NCBI GenBank assembly: GCA_002269645.1
Contig: NIVC01000650.1
Location: 310,126 to 374,125 of the forward strand
Reading direction: 5' to 3'
Length of the DNA: 64,000 bases
DNA from: Macrostomum lignano
Lineage: Eukaryota
Shown here: one piece after another, positions 61,841 through 64,000 of the stretch
Position numbering within the stretch: the first letter of the stretch is position 1
How the letters are laid out: every line of letters begins with the position of its first letter
Made by a program: the position numbers and the translations under genes
Notes under the pieces: model-generated
Databases searched by the model: none
The model's input: only the letters and a program-made list of their open reading frames with translations
What the model was told of the DNA's origin: nothing

Positions 61841-62120
61841 CTTCGAGATCTCTGATTCACTTGTTAATCTGCATGTAATGCATATGCAGCAGTAATGAAG
61901 TGACTGAAACGATATAAGATGACATTCATGCACAACCTCAGAAATTACACAAGTCATGCAACTTAGTTTTGTGACTTACACAAAAAATATTCAATTTGTC
62001 ATCAAATGTTCTCAAAAAGTAAAAAAAAATCGTCAAAAATGTTGGCAGTCTTTCTAAGCACCATGATATATATTGTAGTAATTTCTTACCTAATCTTACA
62101 AATTAACCTTACTGCAACAG

Positions 62121-62239
62121 CTGTCTACAAAGTTCATGGCGACTTTCTTGCCGAGGTGCTCTATGCGTGTGGAAATTTTGCTGCTACAATCAGGAAATAT
62201 TATCATTCTGGATTGTTGTTAAAGACATTAAGTGGAAAT
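62121..62239 (+). CDS. PEX16: Peroxin 16, internal exon
   Basis: FLAEVLYACGN resembles the PEX16 ELSELVYSASN segment. Acceptor ACTGCAACAG|, phase-0 donor AAT|GTAAGC. The upstream exon/start is unresolved. Confidence 0.72.
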
Positions 62240-62334
62240 GTAAGCTTTTTGATATAATTTCTTTTAAATTCTGTAATAGCTTTCATATCAAGTTTTTTGC
62301 AATCTCAATTCATGCATGATTCTTTATATTCTAG

Positions 62335-62453
62335 ACTGTCGAGTTCATCAAAAAGTTTGTTGAAGTCTTTGAAGTGGTGCTGGAATGCTGCGCCTACAAG
62401 TTTGGCTCTAAGCAGATAAAATGGACTTCAATTTTATTTCTGCAAGGATTCAA
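62335..62453 (+). CDS. PEX16: Peroxin 16, internal exon
   Basis: VEVFEVVLECCAYKFGSKQIKWTSILFLQGFK resembles VEVFMEMGAAKVWG..GRWLVI..IQLAK. Phase-0 acceptor, phase-2 donor. Confidence 0.8.
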
Positions 62454-62599
62454 GTAGGCTTATGTTTATTATTTTTTATTTATAGGTGAGGTGTAATTTG
62501 AGGTCAAATAAGGGCGCTTTGCTGAGGCCATGTTAAAATTTATAAAAATAAGTTGCGAGATGACCAATTAAGCTCAGGGTTTTAGCGTCAATTGAAGTT

Positions 62600-62850
62600 A
62601 ATTTGTAGGGTCAATCAGGGTCAATTAAGGTCAAATTTAAGGTCAACTGAGGGTAGTTTACATGGTCAATTAAGGTCAGATTGCAGTGTCAATTAAGGTC
62701 AGGTTGCAGTGTCAATTAAGGTTTGATTGCAGTGTCAATTTAGGTCAGGTTGCAGTGTCAATTTAGGTCAGGTTGCAGGGGACAATTAAGGTCAGGTTGC
62801 AGGGGACAATTAAGGTCAGGATTTGATGGAGTTTAAGTTCATTTAGGTCA
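62600..62850. repeat. 23-bp minisatellite in a PEX16 intron
   Basis: GTCAATTAAGGTCAGGTTGCAGT and decayed variants. Confidence 0.85.
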
Positions 62851-62883
62851 GTTGAACCCGCCCTTTTTTAAAAACTCACCCAG

Positions 62884-63311
62884 GCTGCTGCTCCGCCTCT
62901 ATCTCATCAAAGTCCGCGGCCAGGTGCTAAACGATACCTGTCAATCAACGAGTGCTCGACAGTGCCGCTGTCCGAAACTGGCTGGCGCCGCTTCATCAAC
63001 TTGCCAGAATCGGCCTCGCTTAGCCGAGCTGTTGTATTCGGCCAGGCCATTGCTGCACACCTGCCTGTACGTGTGCCAGGGACCGGCCGCCTGGCTGCCC
63101 TGGGCCGCCTCAGCTGGCCTGGATCTGCTGTCGCTTGCCTGCCTGCCCAGCCCCGCGTGCCTGACTCAGCGGCAGAGAGACTGCCGATCTGCTCGGCTGA
63201 AATCGCTAGCTCTGGTGTACGCGTTTCGCACTCCGGCTCACGACAGCTGCGTGCAGCCAATTGTTGCTTGGCTGGCCGAGATTCCCCTGCCGTTGGTTAG
63301 ATCGTTTTTTA
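62884..63311 (+). CDS. PEX16: Peroxin 16, large exon
   Basis: LAELLYSARPLLH...WLPW...LDLLSL...LTQRQR...YAFRTPAHD matches PEX16 AEFLYIARPLLH...WKPW...VDVTSL...LTRRER...YLLRSPFYD. Phase-2 acceptor, phase-1 donor A|GTGAGT. Confidence 0.9.
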
Positions 63312-63329
63312 GTGAGTCTCCGTTCTTTT

Positions 63330-63680
63330 AATGAGCAGTCAGGTGAGACTGAGTGATTAAATGAGCAGTCAGGTGAGACTTGAGTGACCGAATGAGCAGT
63401 CAGGTGAGACTGAGTGATTAAATGAGCAGTCAGGTGAGACTTGAGTGACCGAATGAGCAGTCAGGTGAGACTTGAGTGATTGAATGAGCAGTCAGGTGAG
63501 ACTTGAGTGATTGAATGAGCAGTCAGGTGAGACTTGAGTGACCGAATGAGCAGTCAGGTGAGACTTGAGTGATTGAATGAGCAGTCAGGTGAGACTTGAG
63601 TGATTGAATGAGCAGTCAGGTGAGACTGAGTGATTGAATGAGCAGTCAGGTGAGACTTGAGTGATTGAATGAGCAGTCAG
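63330..63680. repeat. 30-31-bp minisatellite in the last PEX16 intron
   Basis: AATGAGCAGTCAGGTGAGACTTGAGTGA(TT/CC)G, about 11 copies. Confidence 0.95.
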
Positions 63681-63784
63681 GCGTAGAGAAGCTGAGTGAG
63701 CTAGCAAAAAATAAGCAAAAGATACTTCTTACCTGTGAGTAGCAAATGTAACAAACAAGCCTCTGCATCCCATGAAAATTTCAG

Positions 63785-63843
63785 AGCTAGTGCTAAACTA
63801 CATGATTTACTGGCGTCTGCACTACATGAATATGTGGAGCTAA
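63785..63843 (+). CDS. PEX16: Peroxin 16, terminal exon
   Basis: Phase-1 acceptor TTTCAG| gives (K)LVLNYMIYWRLHYMNMWS*, paralleling the PEX16 C-terminus PLMDYLPTWQKIYFYSWG*. Confidence 0.85.
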
Positions 63844-64000
63844 TTTTGCATCTTTATCCTATCCTGCCAATCTAATGATGACTTAATATTCGAGTTAACA
63901 GTTTTTCAAAATGAATATCTAGATTTCTTTTCATAGCTTCTACTTACAGTAGTCTGTAAGTGATTTTGCGACGCTTTTCTAAAATTACGTTTGTTGAATG

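Overview
Animal genomic DNA with no prokaryotic features. It is most consistent with a free-living flatworm such as Macrostomum (inference from flatworm-type orphan GPCRs, a PEX16 gene, TTAGGG repeats, an RTE LINE and dense minisatellites). Host genes built by hand: two single-exon rhodopsin-like GPCRs (700-1883 +, split by one frameshift; 49613-50743 -), a two-exon LITAF-domain gene (30033-30902 +), a five-exon claudin/PMP22-superfamily gene with a very long disordered N-terminus (37693-47809 +), and PEX16 (about 62121-63843 +, 5' end unresolved). Mobile DNA: a decayed, internally deleted Ty3/Gypsy element with both LTRs (8062-12452 -), a 5'-truncated RTE LINE (about 52200-53470 -), a 3.26-kb CACTA/EnSpm-type TIR element, several MITEs and an hAT transposase relic. 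More than 20 different micro- and minisatellite arrays are present. Most interesting structures: (1) a 49-50-bp TIR element with an 8-bp TSD inserted twice into the same LINE; (2) a foldback-like element made of inverted satellite arms around a 1.6-kb core that holds a candidate nested secreted-peptide gene; (3) tRNA-like Pol III heads sitting directly in front of unrelated satellites; (4) a MITE whose internal 21-bp repeat has expanded into a minisatellite in a second copy; (5) a different minisatellite in nearly every long intron. All calls were made by eye, without alignment or database searches.
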